Below are positions 23,865 to 36,860 of a stretch of DNA of 64,000 nt, one piece after another. Where the stretch lies: positions 7,440,001 to 7,504,000 of the forward strand of contig JAYWIR010000001.1 of assembly GCA_036172245.1 (NCBI GenBank), written 5' to 3'. The translations under genes and the position numbers were made by a program. Positions within the stretch are counted from its first letter, which is position 1. Each line of letters begins with the position of its first letter. The notes below the pieces were generated by a model. It made no database searches, was not told where the DNA came from, and saw nothing but the letters and a program-made list of their open reading frames with translations. Origin of the DNA: Raillietiella orientalis. Lineage: Eukaryota.

Positions 23865-24178
23865 GAGGAAGGCATCCCCTGATGGACTCCTCTCCCCTTC
23901 CCCCCCACACAGCCCCACTCTTCTTCGGATCGCCGGCCTTTCTTTTCCAAACTGGTGGGAAACCAGGTGCTTGTCCCTCTTCCCCCAGAGTTGCCTGAGG
24001 TCCTAGAAGGGGACGTCAAGCACGGCGGTGGCGAGCAGAGAGCTGCAGCAGCCACCAGGAACGAATGGAGTTGTGTCGCCTCGTTCCATATCTTCGTCTC
24101 CTTGGAAACCGTTGCGCTCGAGCATCCTCCTCGGGGCGAACGCTCCGGTCGGACGGTGTGGACACCAGGATGGATGAG
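23865..24178 (+). repeat. Direct repeat copy 2 (partner 21963-22280)
   Basis: Aligns to 21963-22280; contiguous with the RT relic at 24180-24860. Confidence 0.95.
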
Positions 24179-24179
24179 A

Positions 24180-24860
24180 AGGATGGAGAGGCACAGGAGG
24201 AGCCAGTTGATATCGGTGCTGAGAACGCAAAAGAAGTATTTCCTTTGTGCTTTCTCGAGAAAGGGTTGGGAACTACGGAATGAATGTGCAGCTGCCATCA
24301 GGCTCCTCCTGAGACTGAACATCTCCGCTGCTTGCTACTCCCGGACACATCGCTCCTCAGCCATGAGGAAGTCTGAGGATTGAGAACTTCCATCTCTGCG
24401 TTTCCTCACCGTTTTCTCCCCATCTCTCGTAAAGCAGCATGAGGAAGCAGCGCAGGAGATTGCAGAGTACTGAATCACGAGAGGAACAGCAGTGGACGCC
24501 TGGTTCCTCTGGACATTAAATTTTGTGAACCCCTTCTTGTTTGGTCAGCCAGCCTCCGCAAGATGAGGAGCATGTCTTTGAGAGGACCTCTTCCATCACG
24601 ATGCGGTTGCAGAGGTAAGAGTTTCTCTCATCCTGATGCGGAAGTTCTCAAGATTCAAGGAGGGTCACGTAGGTTGCATCACTCCCCGTTCGTTACTTGG
24701 GCAACCTTCCTCAGAGGCAGTGCGCCACCGGTTAATTGCCAGTGGCCGAGGGTAAGGACGTTCGACGAAACTGGAACTTCTCAGCATCTTGATGCGCTTC
24801 CCTATTTCCTTCCTTTAAACCTCGAGCTCCGGAAACCCCTTCCCTTCTGGAGACTTCCAA
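24180..24860 (-). mobile_element. Decayed LINE RT/thumb relic (probably a non-Tx1 clade)
   Basis: Ordered motifs on the minus strand: RGLKEG (GLKQG-like), LPHQDE (YADD-like), LKDMLLILRRLADQ..KFNVQR and LEKAQRKYFFCVL. Confidence 0.45.
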
Positions 24861-24979
24861 AAAGCGTCCCTCATGCCGGCATCGCATCATTATCGTCTAG
24901 CACGCATCTCCGCCTACTTGCCGGGATCTGCTGCTCCCAACCTCACTTACCATCGCGTCAAAATAATGGAGACGTTCCT

Positions 24980-27120
24980 CTTAAAATCACGGAAACTGAC
25001 TGAATCTTTTTCTTGATTCCAAAGTTATTAATAATGCCGGTCAATTCCAGGGGGGAATTTCACAGGAATCTTCATTGCGATCATTAATGATCATGGCATG
25101 GTCGGGAAACAAATGGATGCGGAACCCATCCCGGATGAATTTGTAGGACGTCAAAAGCAATGCTCTCGTTCACCCTGCTTCCAATTTCGTGTTTAAAACG
25201 AGCGACTGCTTTTCGGGAACGTGTTTTCCGAGCCTTACTTTTCCTCTCCCGAATGGGCGAATGCGGCCCAAATGCGGAGTTTTCCGTGTGTGTTCATCGG
25301 TCCATCCGAGCCGTCGGTGAAGGCAAATAGAGTAAGGATTTAATTTCAGCACATCAGCAAATGGATGCGATCGCAATCTCGCCACTCCCATTCATAATTT
25401 CAGTTTGGATGGGCCCCTGCTTGGCAACGCTTTCCGTGTGTCCCAGGTGTGTGTAGGCCAGTGGATACCGGTCAAGGGGCAAGAAGATCCGTCCGTGTGC
25501 GCGCATGTGACTCCAAAGAAATCCAAACAAAAAAAAAAAAAAAAAATGAAGCGGCAAATCACAGGATTGTCCCATAAAGACGCATCAACGTGATTCCAGC
25601 ATCGCACCTTTTGGCAACCCATCGCCAAGTCCACACGCGCGTGTGTGTGTGTGTGTGTGTGTGTGTACAAGACGTAGTACTTGGGCGTGCGCGGGCGCAC
25701 ACGTGCACGTTCGCATCGCCCACGTACTCGAGCGTGCGAAGCGCGCGCGCGCGTGTTGTAAACCACACATGCACACAAATGCGCTTGTTTTCGTCTGATT
25801 GATACGGGAATACTGGAGCCGTCTGCCACGGAAATCATATTTTAGGGAGCGACTTTGGGCAACGCGTCACTCTTCCACCCAACGGGAACACCACGTGGTC
25901 TCCGGGGGGGGGAGGGGGACTCGAAGTTGCTCGCCCACGTCTCTGAGCGGGAACTAACAATCGGGGTCTATTTTTAGAGCAGGCTTAACTATTGTTAGCA
26001 GTTCGTGGTCTCACCCCATCCGAGCTCCACCATTTAACCCTCCCTCCTATCGATTTTTGCCGACACATGGAAACGAGGGCGCTGTTTGACTTCGAGATGG
26101 TCTCCCACGCGCTCGAGCAAAATTTGATTCCCCCCCTCCCCCCCCCAAAAAAAGAAAAAACCATCTCGTACAATCCCCTTCTTCCTATCTGGAATCTACC
26201 CTTGAACGCTCCTCGAGTGCGCGTTTTATCAATCCTCTTTCGTTCCGCGTAAATTTCACCCGACTATTGTTCGAGAATCCTTCACTCGGCATCTGCAAAT
26301 CAAATTTTTAGCGAATAATAAATATCTTTCACCGAAATGGCTCGTTTCCGAATATGAAAGTTGACTGATAAGTGGCGCTTGCACCGGACGAAGAAAAAAT
26401 GTTCCCTTCCATAAACCATATTCGCGTCGGATTTTCTCCGGGAGGCGGTAACCTTGGTGAGAAGGATACCTCTCCAGCCCGGGCGAGGTCCACCACGCGC
26501 GCGCGCACCTCGTCGAAGCTCCGGCCGCGGAAGGGACGGGGAAAACGCCGCTTTCCCCTGGGCACGGACCAGCTTTCCTGGGACGCCAGGCGACGGCTGT
26601 TCCTCCGAAACGGTAGCCCTGGGAACGGAATCCGGGCGCGCAGGGTTCGCCCGCTAGGCGCGCCGGGGAGAGTTCGCGAAGCGTGTCGCGCGCGGAAAAA
26701 CACGTGTTTTTGCCCGCGCCGCGTCCGGCAAAACACCGGGCCGAAACAATGCGTTTCCATGGAAGCGCGCATTGTTGCGCCGCCTCCGCGATATATTTCA
26801 GTTTGCCCCCATAAAAATGTTTGCTTGAAGTTTCAGGGAGCTCCGAGCTTTCGGTACACAACCTCTCCCTCCCTCCCTCTCTTTTTTGCGAATTTTCTTA
26901 AGAAATAAGCAGAAATGAGTTTAAAAATATCTTTGAATTCGATTGTTCTGGAAATGCTCCCTGTGCGGCGGAATCCGGCTAATAGCTGACAGCTGTCTCC
27001 CGGCGTGTTCCGATATAATAAATTCCCGGATGCTGGGTATCCAGCCCGATACATTGTAAAATCATAAAGCAGTCACTCGAAGGGTCACGGATTAGAAGAC
27101 ACCACTCCGAGGTTCCTCGG
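24980..27120. promoter_or_regulatory. TE-free zone of AT-rich islands flanking a CpG-dense core (about 26480-26790); candidate promoter/enhancer region
   Basis: Palindromes TTATTAATAA (25025) and GATCATTAATGATC (25079-25092); CCATAAA at 25572, 26409 and 26809; E2F-like CGCGCGGAAAAA near 26690. Confidence 0.35.
25641..25666. repeat. (GT)13 microsatellite within an alternating purine-pyrimidine tract
   Basis: Read directly from the sequence. Confidence 0.95.
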
Positions 27121-30100
27121 GCACGTTCCGCTCTCCCATCAGCGCAAAAGAAAAAAAAAAAAAAAAATGGAAAGATGACGACGAGAGCAGTAAGGAAAAA
27201 AGAAAAAAACACACGCACGCACGCACGCACGCGCACACTCACACAGAAAGAGAAAAAAAAAAACAAAAAAGAGGAGAGAGGGAGAGAGAGAAAGACAGAA
27301 GAAAAGGGAAAAAAAGGATGTTCATTGTTGTTGCTGGAATGGTCTTCTGCAACCCTCGGGTTGGGAATGCGGCAGGATTACCCCAGAAAAGCCGGCGTGC
27401 GTGCGGATGCTTCCTGGGAACGTAGTAAACGAGCCAAACTTGCGTTCTAGAGATCTCGGTAATCTCTCATCTTCACCGACCCATCTCCCCTCCTTTCCAG
27501 AGTTCCTCCTCTCTTTCCCTCACCTTCCGCGGAAGGAGACTGCCAACCGCCGCGGACATAACGTTGGCAGTGGCTCCGCGGTTGCTCTCGTCCACGACTT
27601 TTCCCTTCCTCTAGGAGCAAGAGGTGTGAAGCAGGGACTTCCCCTCTTCACTCACGGGAGGGCGAAAGAAATTTCGGCAGCGCTCTATTCCTCTTCTTGT
27701 TTATCTTCCGCTCCTGCCTTCCTCGGAAGGAACTTCCGTCTTGATGGATGCTGGCAATCCATCTCGCGGCTCCTCTTCGGGCGATCCTCTTCGGGCATGT
27801 GTTGAGGGCTGCTGTGCGCATTAATTTTGCATGCTCTCCGTGCAGGCGATTTTTCTTCCTCCCTCGTTCAATTTACGGATGCTGCGGATTGCCATCCCTA
27901 CGAAGCGCGGGGTCTCATCCGAGTCCTCCCGGAGGGGAAGGGGGGAGCGCGGAGAGGCGGGGGTTGCAGGGATTCGGGCTCCCGTCCGCTTTCATCGTCT
28001 CGGCCGCTGGACGAAAGTGTCTCCTCTCCGTTCTTCCTGCAAGCCACTGGGGCCGGAAGCGCGAGCAGGCAAAAGGAGAATAAAATGCCAGAAGAAGGAA
28101 GGGACAGCGAAGGAAGAGCAAGGACGTATCGTTGGCCGGTGATCGGAGGCTGAGTAGATCGATCATGATCGTCTGTGGCTGTGCGCAACGACGAAACGAA
28201 TGGAAGACGAGAAAACGGGATCGCCGTCAAGGGCAACGAAAGTGGCGCTCTCGAAAGCGAGAGTAAGGGCTGAAAGGGGGGGAGGAGCATGGGTTTTCCC
28301 CGCCTCCGTCCGCCGCCTGTCGCCCTTCTTCGCTGTTCGACGGCGTCCACCGACCACAAGCGGTCCGTGGCCATGTGGCTAGAACCACAGGATGGCTACG
28401 GGATAAAAGATCACTTGCCTGGTTCCTCGGGATGATGTAACCGGGCAAGTCCTGAGTTCTTGCTCCCCATTTCCCTTCCTTTCTCTCCTCCTGACTGCTT
28501 CCCCGACCTTCACCCTCCACCCCGTGATGGAACTGCTGCTACTGCAGTCTGCCCCGGCCTACTTGCTCCCACCCTTCGTCCCTTTCGTTCTTTCTCCCCC
28601 CCCCCACCCGCCCCGACTCCCCGTGGGGCACCAGGAATCCGTCTCGCCCGTCGTCTTTTTCCGCCTCTCAGTCCTTATCCCATCAGCCGCTGAGATCCTC
28701 TCCTAGGATGAGCCTAGAGGGGAAAACAGCTGGGATGCGAAGGGAGGTTCCCTCCAGGATGCGCAAGCCGCGTTGAGTGGCCGGGAAAAGAGGGGAGAAA
28801 AAAGAAAAGTACGAGTCCTGGAGACGCGCGGGCGCACTCTGTTCCCGATAGCGAGAAGAGAGGTGAGGGGTCCGAGGGTCCTTAAGACTCGTTTCCATGG
28901 AAGCGAGAAGACACGGCCGGGAGGGGTCCACGCGCCAAGCGGCCGAGCAGGCCGTCCTTCTCCCCTCCTGCAGCTCGGGAAGGGACATCAGGGGCACCAG
29001 GGAGCAGCCAAACCGGGAGAGGGGGAACGAGACCTTCCTAGAGCCCCGCGAAGCGCGCGCCCGCCCTTCCGATCCCCCTTCACCCACGGACGCGGGAGGG
29101 ACAGCTGCGAGTGCCTGAGGGGAAGGAAACGGACGAAAGCGGCGGTTTCCAGGACCCGACTGGAACTCCCGCTGTTTTCCCGAGAGACGCCGTCTCGAAG
29201 GGGAAATATCCCCCCTGGATCTTCCTCCTTCTTTCCGTCCCCTCCCTCGGTCACGACTCGCTCTGCTTTCACGTGTCTTCGAAGAGTTCAACTTCACCTC
29301 CTGGTCTCCCTCCCCCTTCATTCCGGCAGAACTCTCGGACGTCCTGCCGATCACCCCCCTTTCCTCCCTGCGGAGCGCCCAGGCTTCCTTGCCCGCTCCG
29401 CGGAGACGCTCTTGTCAGCCCCCTTGACCCTCGTTATTTACTGTGACCCCGCGCGCGTGCGGCAGTGAGCGCGCGGGGGGAGGCGCTCCCGACTCTCCCT
29501 CTCGCCGCCTCTGCCCCTCAGAAAAAGACGCGCGCGCCCTCCGGAAAAGAACCTCTTTCGCCCGACCTCCTTCCCGTTGCCCCCTCCCTCCCGCCTTCCC
29601 CTCGGGCGGCGTCGAGTCAAGGGGCGCGCACGCGACCCCTGGGGAAGAAGGCGCGTGGGGCGGGCGGGGACCCAGAAGCGCGGAGGGACGCGCCTCGCGC
29701 TTCCTACCCGAGCAAATGGAAAGACCGGCAGAGGGAGAGGGAAGGTCTCTCTGGGATCCCGTTCCCCTTTCTCCCCTTCCCGGGGAGTCGGAGGGAGGAG
29801 CGCGTGACCGGAAGAGCCTGGAGGGGTGTGTGCCAGCGCATGCCCCCCTGTTCCCCTCCTCGGGGACTCGTCCGTCCCCCCGCCCCTGCCGAGCCCTTGG
29901 TACCGCGGGAACGCCCGGCAATCGTTGCGGAGGCGCCTAGGGACAGGAAGCGCGCCGGCAGGAGGAGGCGGAAAGACTCCCCCCCTCCCCTCAGGGGGGC
30001 CAGCGCGACCCTCGGCGTCCTTTCCCCAGCCTGCTCCGGCATGGTCGTCCGGAAGCTCCTGATCTCCTCCCGACAGTCAGCTCAGGGACCGGAGGAGGAG

Positions 30101-31425
30101 GGGGCTGGGAAACGACCTCTGTCCCCAACCCGTGCGATGCTCTCGCTGCCGACCCGAACAGAGGACAGCGGCAGGAAAAATCGCTCCTTTCCCGTGTTCC
30201 CGGCCCTTCGTCCCGAAAACAGGAGGGAGAGGAGCAGTCCACCCTCAACTCACCGAGGAGGAAACTCTGCAGCTTTTTCCCCTCCTCCCCCGTGCTCTCT
30301 TCTGGGTGCACTCCATGAGGGCAGAAGGGAGAGAGGAGGCCCCTCCGCTTCTCCGGCAGGGATATCGTGATTTCCGCCATCACGGAGGCCATCCCGGAGG
30401 AGGAGGGAGGAGGAAGTAGAAGACGGCCCCCGCCGCTTCGCATCCCAAGAGAGAGAGGAGAGGGGAGAGAGGAAGGTGAAGAGTCCAGGGGTTTCACTCC
30501 TCCCGAACAGAGACTCTGACCCCTCACAGACGACGATCCCGGACGCCCTCGCCCATTCAGCGGACCGCTGTGGACCCGCGAAGCGCTGGCGGCAGCGGGA
30601 CCGCCGCCTTTGCTGCGGGACGACCTGCTGCGGGCAAGAGGGAAGGGAAGGCGACGGGGTTTTCTCCCTTCGTTTCCCAGCCCGTGGAGAGGAAGAGGCA
30701 GGGGAAGAGGGGCGTTCGCGCTCGCCCGCGCCCGCTCCGCGGCGGTCTCCCCAGATGGCTGGGGATCCCACTGCTACTCGGCAGGCTGGCGCCTTCCCCC
30801 TCCCACCCCTCTTCTCGGCCGCGGTCTCCTCCCTTGTCCGGCGGGATGTCCGTGCCTCCCCCTCCTGCTCCTCCTCCTCCTCTCCGCTGCTCTATCCAGG
30901 CGCGGAGGATCCGCGATCGATCGGGCAGCAGCAGGAAGGAGTGGCGCAGCCACAGGCAGGGAGGCGCGGCGGGGGAGGGGCTCCCTCCCGCGGGCCACTC
31001 GAGGGTCGCAGGGAAGAAGGGCCCGGCCTGCCGGCAGTTGCAGAATGACTCGCGAGTCCCGGGGAAAAAGGAAAGCGAGGAAAGGGCGAGAGGTGGAGGG
31101 AAACGAGGAGCAAGGAAAAACAAAGGGGAGAGCATCCAGGACCGTCGTCACGACTCCCCGAGCCTGGAGGGCGCCGCCCTCCCCCGCGCACTTCCTCTGG
31201 CTCTCCCAGCTACCGTTTCCCAGGAAGCGAAGGGGGAGGAAGCAGGGAGGGGCGTGCGCGCCCTCGTCGGAAAAAGGGCTCTCCCGGGAAGGAAATCCCA
31301 GGTGCCGGGCAACCTATCCTCCGAATCGCCAGAGTCCTTCTCTGCGAGCGGCGAGGGGGCCCGGCCCTCCGCTCGGGGCACATCGGTGGGCTAACTCCGG
31401 CCCCTCTCCGCTCGCTGGGGAGGCG

Positions 31426-31480
31426 CGTCGTCGTCGTCGTCGTCGCCCCGCCGTCGCGACGCGGTCGCGGTCGCGGTCGC
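31426..31480. repeat. (CGT)n and (GCGGTC)3 simple repeats
   Basis: cgtcgtcgtcgtcgtcgtcg followed by gcggtcgcggtcgcggtc. Confidence 0.85.
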
Positions 31481-34400
31481 TCGCGCTCCCTTGCGAGGCA
31501 ACCCGAGGCGGGAGGACCGAAATAGAACGGGAAGCGACATCTGCTGGGGGACGCGCGGATCGGCGTCGCGCTCGCCACGCGAGCCTGCTGCTCCCGGACC
31601 CATCGCGACGGAGATGAATGAGCCGCTGAAATCTCCGAGTTGATGCGAGGAGCGGCCGCGCATCCGGCGGCGGCGGTCCGCACTCGTCCGCTTAGGCGCG
31701 CATGCACTTCCAGCCTCCCTCCCCGTGACGCGCCCGCGCTCCCTATTGTTGCCCCTCCATTGTTGCTCATTGGGCCCTGCCGGACGCAGCTGCCTCCGAG
31801 CTGCGGCGGCAGTGCGTCCTCTCCGGTCGTCTCCTTCGCTTGCCTTCGACCGCGCGGGTCGCCGCGCAGAAGAAATGCGCGCAGCGAGGCGTGCGCTGCG
31901 AGGAGACGCACTCAGATCCGTGAAGCTTCCGGGTCCCCCTCGGATAGAAGAGGAAGCGCGAAAAGGACGAGCACAGGCGGGCAGATCTGGTCTGTAATCT
32001 CCGCTCCGGACGCACCTGGCCGCTGCAGGTGGCTGCGACGCGGCCCGTCCCCGTCCGCGCTTCCGTTCCAAGCCCTCCGAACGGCGCGCACCTGAGCGGG
32101 CCAGAGGCGGGCGCGTCCGACTGACTTGCGGCTGGCAGAGAGAGGGGGAGGAATGCACCAGCATCGAAAGCGCGCCCTGCCGCGGTTCACGGGACGCAGA
32201 GGGCTGGGCCGGCATCTACCTCGCGGAGCGCCCGGGAAGAACGCAAGGCCAGCTCCGGGCGACAAGCATCGCACTCCTGCCGGCGGCGGACCGGCCATCC
32301 ACCTGCATTTCGCGGGCGGCCCACCCAGGTGCGCGCCCGGAATCTCGCAGGGGACTCCCTGACGCGGGCAGTCCGAAACCCCCACGGGATGGGTGGGCAG
32401 GACTCCCCCATCCTTCGAGGAGAATCCACTCGTTTCTGCCGCCGCCGCTCCTCTCTCGCCTCCCGTTTCCCTGGCGACTCGGTAGCGGAGCCGCGGGGTT
32501 CCGCTCGCCGAGTCAGTGGCACGCTTTTCCCTCTTTTCGAGCTGACCGCGAGCAGTGTCGAGCCGTTGGCGCTGCTGCCCTCTACCGATCTCGAGAGACC
32601 TTCTTGCTCGCGCCTCTTCGAGAGAGAGAAGGGGAAGGGATCTCCGCCGCCGGTTCCTCTAATTAAGCGGTGCGGGATCTCCAGCGCGAGCTCTGCCCCT
32701 TCCGCTTCGCGACAGTTCTTGTTGCTTCTGGCGCTCCCTGCCTCTCTTGATTCTGCGCTCCCTGTCCAGCCCTCCGGGTTGGATTAGGGGGGTGGGGGGT
32801 GGAATGGACTTTGCGGTTCTCACGGCTCTCTTCCCGTCGACTCGCCCGCAAGTCCGGCACCTGCCTCTTTCGCCTGCCTCCGCATGGCCCCTCCGGCAGA
32901 GCCAGGGTCAGGTGGCACCACCGCTCCTGGGACGGTAGCGATCTCGCCCCAGAGCTGCCCCGTCTGCGCGCGTGTCCGGAGCGGACTTGATTGGCCGGCG
33001 AGTTCCACGGCGAAGGGTGGCTCCAAGAGACGTCTCTCAGAGCGCTATCCGCGCAACCAGCAGCAAGAAGCCGGCACGCATCTCCACAGGACAGATGCAT
33101 CTTCCTCCTCTTTTTATTTTTATCTCTAAAAGAAAACCAGGTAAAAAGGGAGGCGTGGCATTCGATCAAGAAAGCTCAAAGGAAGGCGTTCCCGATCCGT
33201 GGGGTGTGGTGCAGAGTCTGGGATGAGGGAAGAGCGGCGAGCGCTTCCGGAGGTTTCAGGAATAGCGGGAGGAATGCGACGCGGCTTGGCGGACCTCGGA
33301 GGTGGCGCCCCCAGGACAAGGCGCCGGGAAATTGACCCCTCCCTGGAGTGGGGTTCCGCGAGCGCGCGCGGCGCGGAGCTCTTCCGCCCAGGGGGGATGC
33401 CGGACTGGCCCCGTGCGTGATGCTCCCGGCAGGTTCTCGGGAGGAGGAATGCGGGCACCGAGCGCAGCATCCCGGAGTCCGGCGCGGCAGCTGCTCCTCC
33501 TCCTCGCTCTTCCGCTACAGAGGCGCCGGGAAAACGAAGGAATCTCCACCCGATTCCGCTGGGGGTAAGCTCCGGAGAGGGTCCGAGCCCAGGAAATCCG
33601 CGAGGGGCGCGGAGCACCGGCACCATCAGTAGTTCCAGGTGACGCCGCTGTGCCCTCTGTGGGAAGGGAGGGGTTGCCTTCCCTCTCTCCCCCTCCTCCC
33701 ATCGGCCGCCAACGCAGCACCGGGAGTCTCCGTGAGGTCCAGAAGGGCTGCCGAAGCACCACGCCCTTGGTTGGCAGTCGAAGGAGAGGAGAGGAGGAGG
33801 AAATTGGCCAGGCGATGCTTTCGAAGTGGGGTGGATGCATCCGGGAATGAAGGCATTCAGGTAGCCCGGCCAATCTGCAGGTTCAGGGAAGGGGTCTCCC
33901 GGAGCGTTTCCTTTCCCTTCCGCGGAGGCAGATCCGCAGTGTCATCTTTCGGGAGCCGTGGCTCCCGCATTCGCGAGCTGTGACTCCCCCATCATAGCTG
34001 ACCGCGCGCGAGAACGGAGCGAACCTCCGCGCTCCCCATTTCGCCCCACCGCGGATGCCTTCCACCTTGGGCTTACCTCCCCCACCCTCCTCTTTTCTCT
34101 TCCCCTTCTCCCCCCTCCCCCGAGTGGGAAATTCTTCCTTCTTCCGGCCGTCCCGGACCGTCGCGGCCGGTCCCGGCTTGGCACCCCGTATCGAGAGAGC
34201 CTACAGTGATGCCCCGCTGCGCGCCTCCATTTTCAGGAGGTGCGGGAAGAAAGGGAGGAGGGGAAAGAGCAAGCGGGCAGCTCGAAGCGCGCGTGCGCAG
34301 GTGGCTGCACGTCCCTCACGAGGTGCGAGTGAAGAAATGGATCGTGGGTGGGTGGGTGGGAGGGTGGTCTTCATTTTCCTCGCATCTGCCCCGCCGGTGC

Positions 34401-35399
34401 AGACCGGTCTCATGGTGGGGAGCGACCAAGGCCGAGGGAAGGGCTGGGATGGGGAAACCAGAAAGGGAGGTCTGGCGGGAAGGTAGGAAAGGCAGGAGGG
34501 AGGAGGGGGGAGAGAATGGCACTCAGGGGAGGGCCAATTTCTCATCTGGAAAGCGCGGGCAGCAGGAAACCTCGGAACATTCTGAAACTGGCGGGAATGT
34601 GGGGAGCCTCCTGTGGGAGGAAATGGCATGGATTTTTCCCACGTTCCAGGAGATCGCGGGATGCTATCGGAAATCCGGGGAACTGAGGTACGGGAGAACG
34701 GAGTGGTGAGTATGAGACACGGAAGTCCGTAGTAACATCTTCCGGAGAAACCGTTTTTTTCTCGCTCACTCCTTTTTCTCCTTTCTTCCTCTTCTTCCTT
34801 TCTTTCTTTTTCTCTCCTCTTCCTCCCTTCCACCTCTCTTCCCCTCCTTTTCCGTTCCTTCTCCCTTCCTTCTTCCACCGACTTTTTGCGACGCTTCGGG
34901 CGAAGAGTTCACACTGCAGGCGAGGGAGGAGAGGGCAGCACTGCCGGAAGCGATGTGGTGGCGGAGGAGCATCTGTACCCCTCTCGGTGCCCCGAGCGCG
35001 AGCTCCAAAGGCTTTCTCCTCCGAGGACGCTTCCTGAACCCTCGCGTGCGGCACTGCCGTCCGTCCAGGAAGGAGGCTCTTCGCCCCTTTCCTTCCGCAT
35101 CTCCCAGAACAGAAAGAAAGCAAAGCTCCACGCGTGCGTTCCCAGGGTTCTTTGATTTCTCGCCCTTTCTTTCCCCGGGGAGGATGACCTCAGGTGAGGG
35201 TCTAGCGGGAGGCGTGAGAGGTGGGGAGAAGGAGAGAACAGGACGGGAGTCCCCGCTCGCTCGCGAGTGCGACAACCATCACTGTGGGGCGCGCGCGAGG
35301 GGGGGAGGGCGTCTTCTGCTTCCCCCTTCCAGCGCGATTCGTTCGTTCGAGACCGCCAGCTGGCATCACGTGCCTGGAGCAATGGCAGCAGCCTCTGTC

Positions 35400-36860
35400 T
35401 TGGGTGCGTTCCGGGCCGCGGAGCGCGGGGGACGAATCCTCCCGCTCTGATCTCCGGCTACTGGGTGTGGACCTCCCTGAGAGACCTCTTGCCGTCTTCC
35501 TCCTCGTCCCTCGAGTTGGCTCCCTGGCAGCCGGAAGAGGCGCAACATCCTTCCTCGTGGGGCATCCGAGCGGACGAGTCCCCGCTGGTTTCGTGCGCCG
35601 TCTGGCGACCGCGACCGATACAGAGGTCCTCCTCCGCTTGGCGCCTGGGATGGCGGCGGTCTGTTCCCGCAGGCACCTGGCAAAGAGCAAGTTTGATGGT
35701 TTGTTTCCGTTTTCTTCTCTGATTTTCTGCATGCTGAAGGTTCCCCTCTCCTCTCCCTAGGATCCTGAGGAGGAAGAAGGAGAGACGCTTGAGCAGCGAA
35801 CGTTTCCATGGTTATCTCCTCTCCCACTCCCCTTGTCGGTGGATCTCTGCGCTCCTCCTCTCCACTGTGAAACCGGTGCGAGCGAAGATCCGGCGTCCGA
35901 AGATCCATCAGCTGGAGACAGTCCGGAACGGGAGCTGTAGCCGGGCGTCTCTCCCCACGGGGTCTGCTGGACCTATTTGTCTTCATCCAGGATGTTGCGC
36001 TTTCCTGTGGTCTTCCTAGCGGGAGCAGGAGACTTCGCCAAGGGAAAAGCCGCGCAGCTTCGCAGGGATTCGGGGACATTCGCCTTTCGTCCCCTGCTCC
36101 TCTTCCTTCCCTCCCCTCCCGCATCTTGCGCGTCTGAGCAGGGGAGCCTTCCCTCTTTTTTTGCTCTGTCCCTGGAGCCTTCTCTTTGTTGGCGAGATCA
36201 GGTGCTCCACTTCGGGATGTCCGCCTCCCTTCCTCCTCTGCAGGGTCGGGCTCTGCGTTCTTGACGCCCCCCTCCCCCTCCAGACCGGAACCTCTCTCCC
36301 TCTCTTTTTTGCTCGTGGGAGGCGCGATGCCGTTCCCGAAGAAAGGGAAGGAGGTCCTGCGGACGAAAAGTCCTCGTTGTGCGGAGCGCCTCAACTCGTC
36401 GCACTCCCTGAGACCTACTCCCACACGGAGGTCACCAAGTCTCGCCCGCGCAGCTCGCGAGCTGGAGGCGAGCGCGCTCTCATGCCGGACGTATCCCGGA
36501 AAGGGAGAGGGAGGAGGAGAGTTCAGCCCCTGAAGTCCTACGATGGCACCACCAGGAGGGTAGACGAGGTGGGGAGGAAGGGGTGGATGGTTCCGCACTG
36601 CGCCTTTTTCCTGGACCACGCCCTTGGATGAGCTAGCATAGGGCGGAGAGAAGCTTCCGTCGGCGTCCCGCTTCTCGCTTTCTTCGCGAACCTTCCTGCC
36701 CTCCTCCCTCGCCCTTCCTCCCGGAGGGCTAGAAGCCGACGTCCCGCACGAAGAGAGTCGTCCGCTTCCAGGATCGGCGCCTCCCTCGGACCCCTCGTTT
36801 CCAGGGGCTGCATTCCTGAGGTCCTCACCAGATGACCCGGAAACCTCCGCTGCCGGTCAT
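35400..36860 (-). mobile_element. Decayed L1/Tx1-like ORF2 5' half (APE plus linker)
   Basis: Ordered minus-strand remnants: QPLET (LQET-like), ARLGDLRV (SRLDY-like), SAQRGL (SDH position), RNILDED and EENGNKPSNLLFARCLRE (L1 linker ExGxKPxxLL). Confidence 0.45.

Noticed and set aside
21963..24178. LTR pair of a small LTR/TRIM element
   Set aside because: No TG..CA ends, TSD, PBS or PPT seen, and copy 2 is contiguous with a LINE-type RT relic.
27750..29300. Additional minus-strand RT relic (LPGYIIPRNQA, DPSRPCLL)
   Set aside because: Motifs too degenerate to list as a feature without an HMM search.
35366..36619. 417-aa minus-strand ORF as an intact gene
   Set aside because: Only scattered LINE-like remnants in shifting frames; the rest is low complexity.
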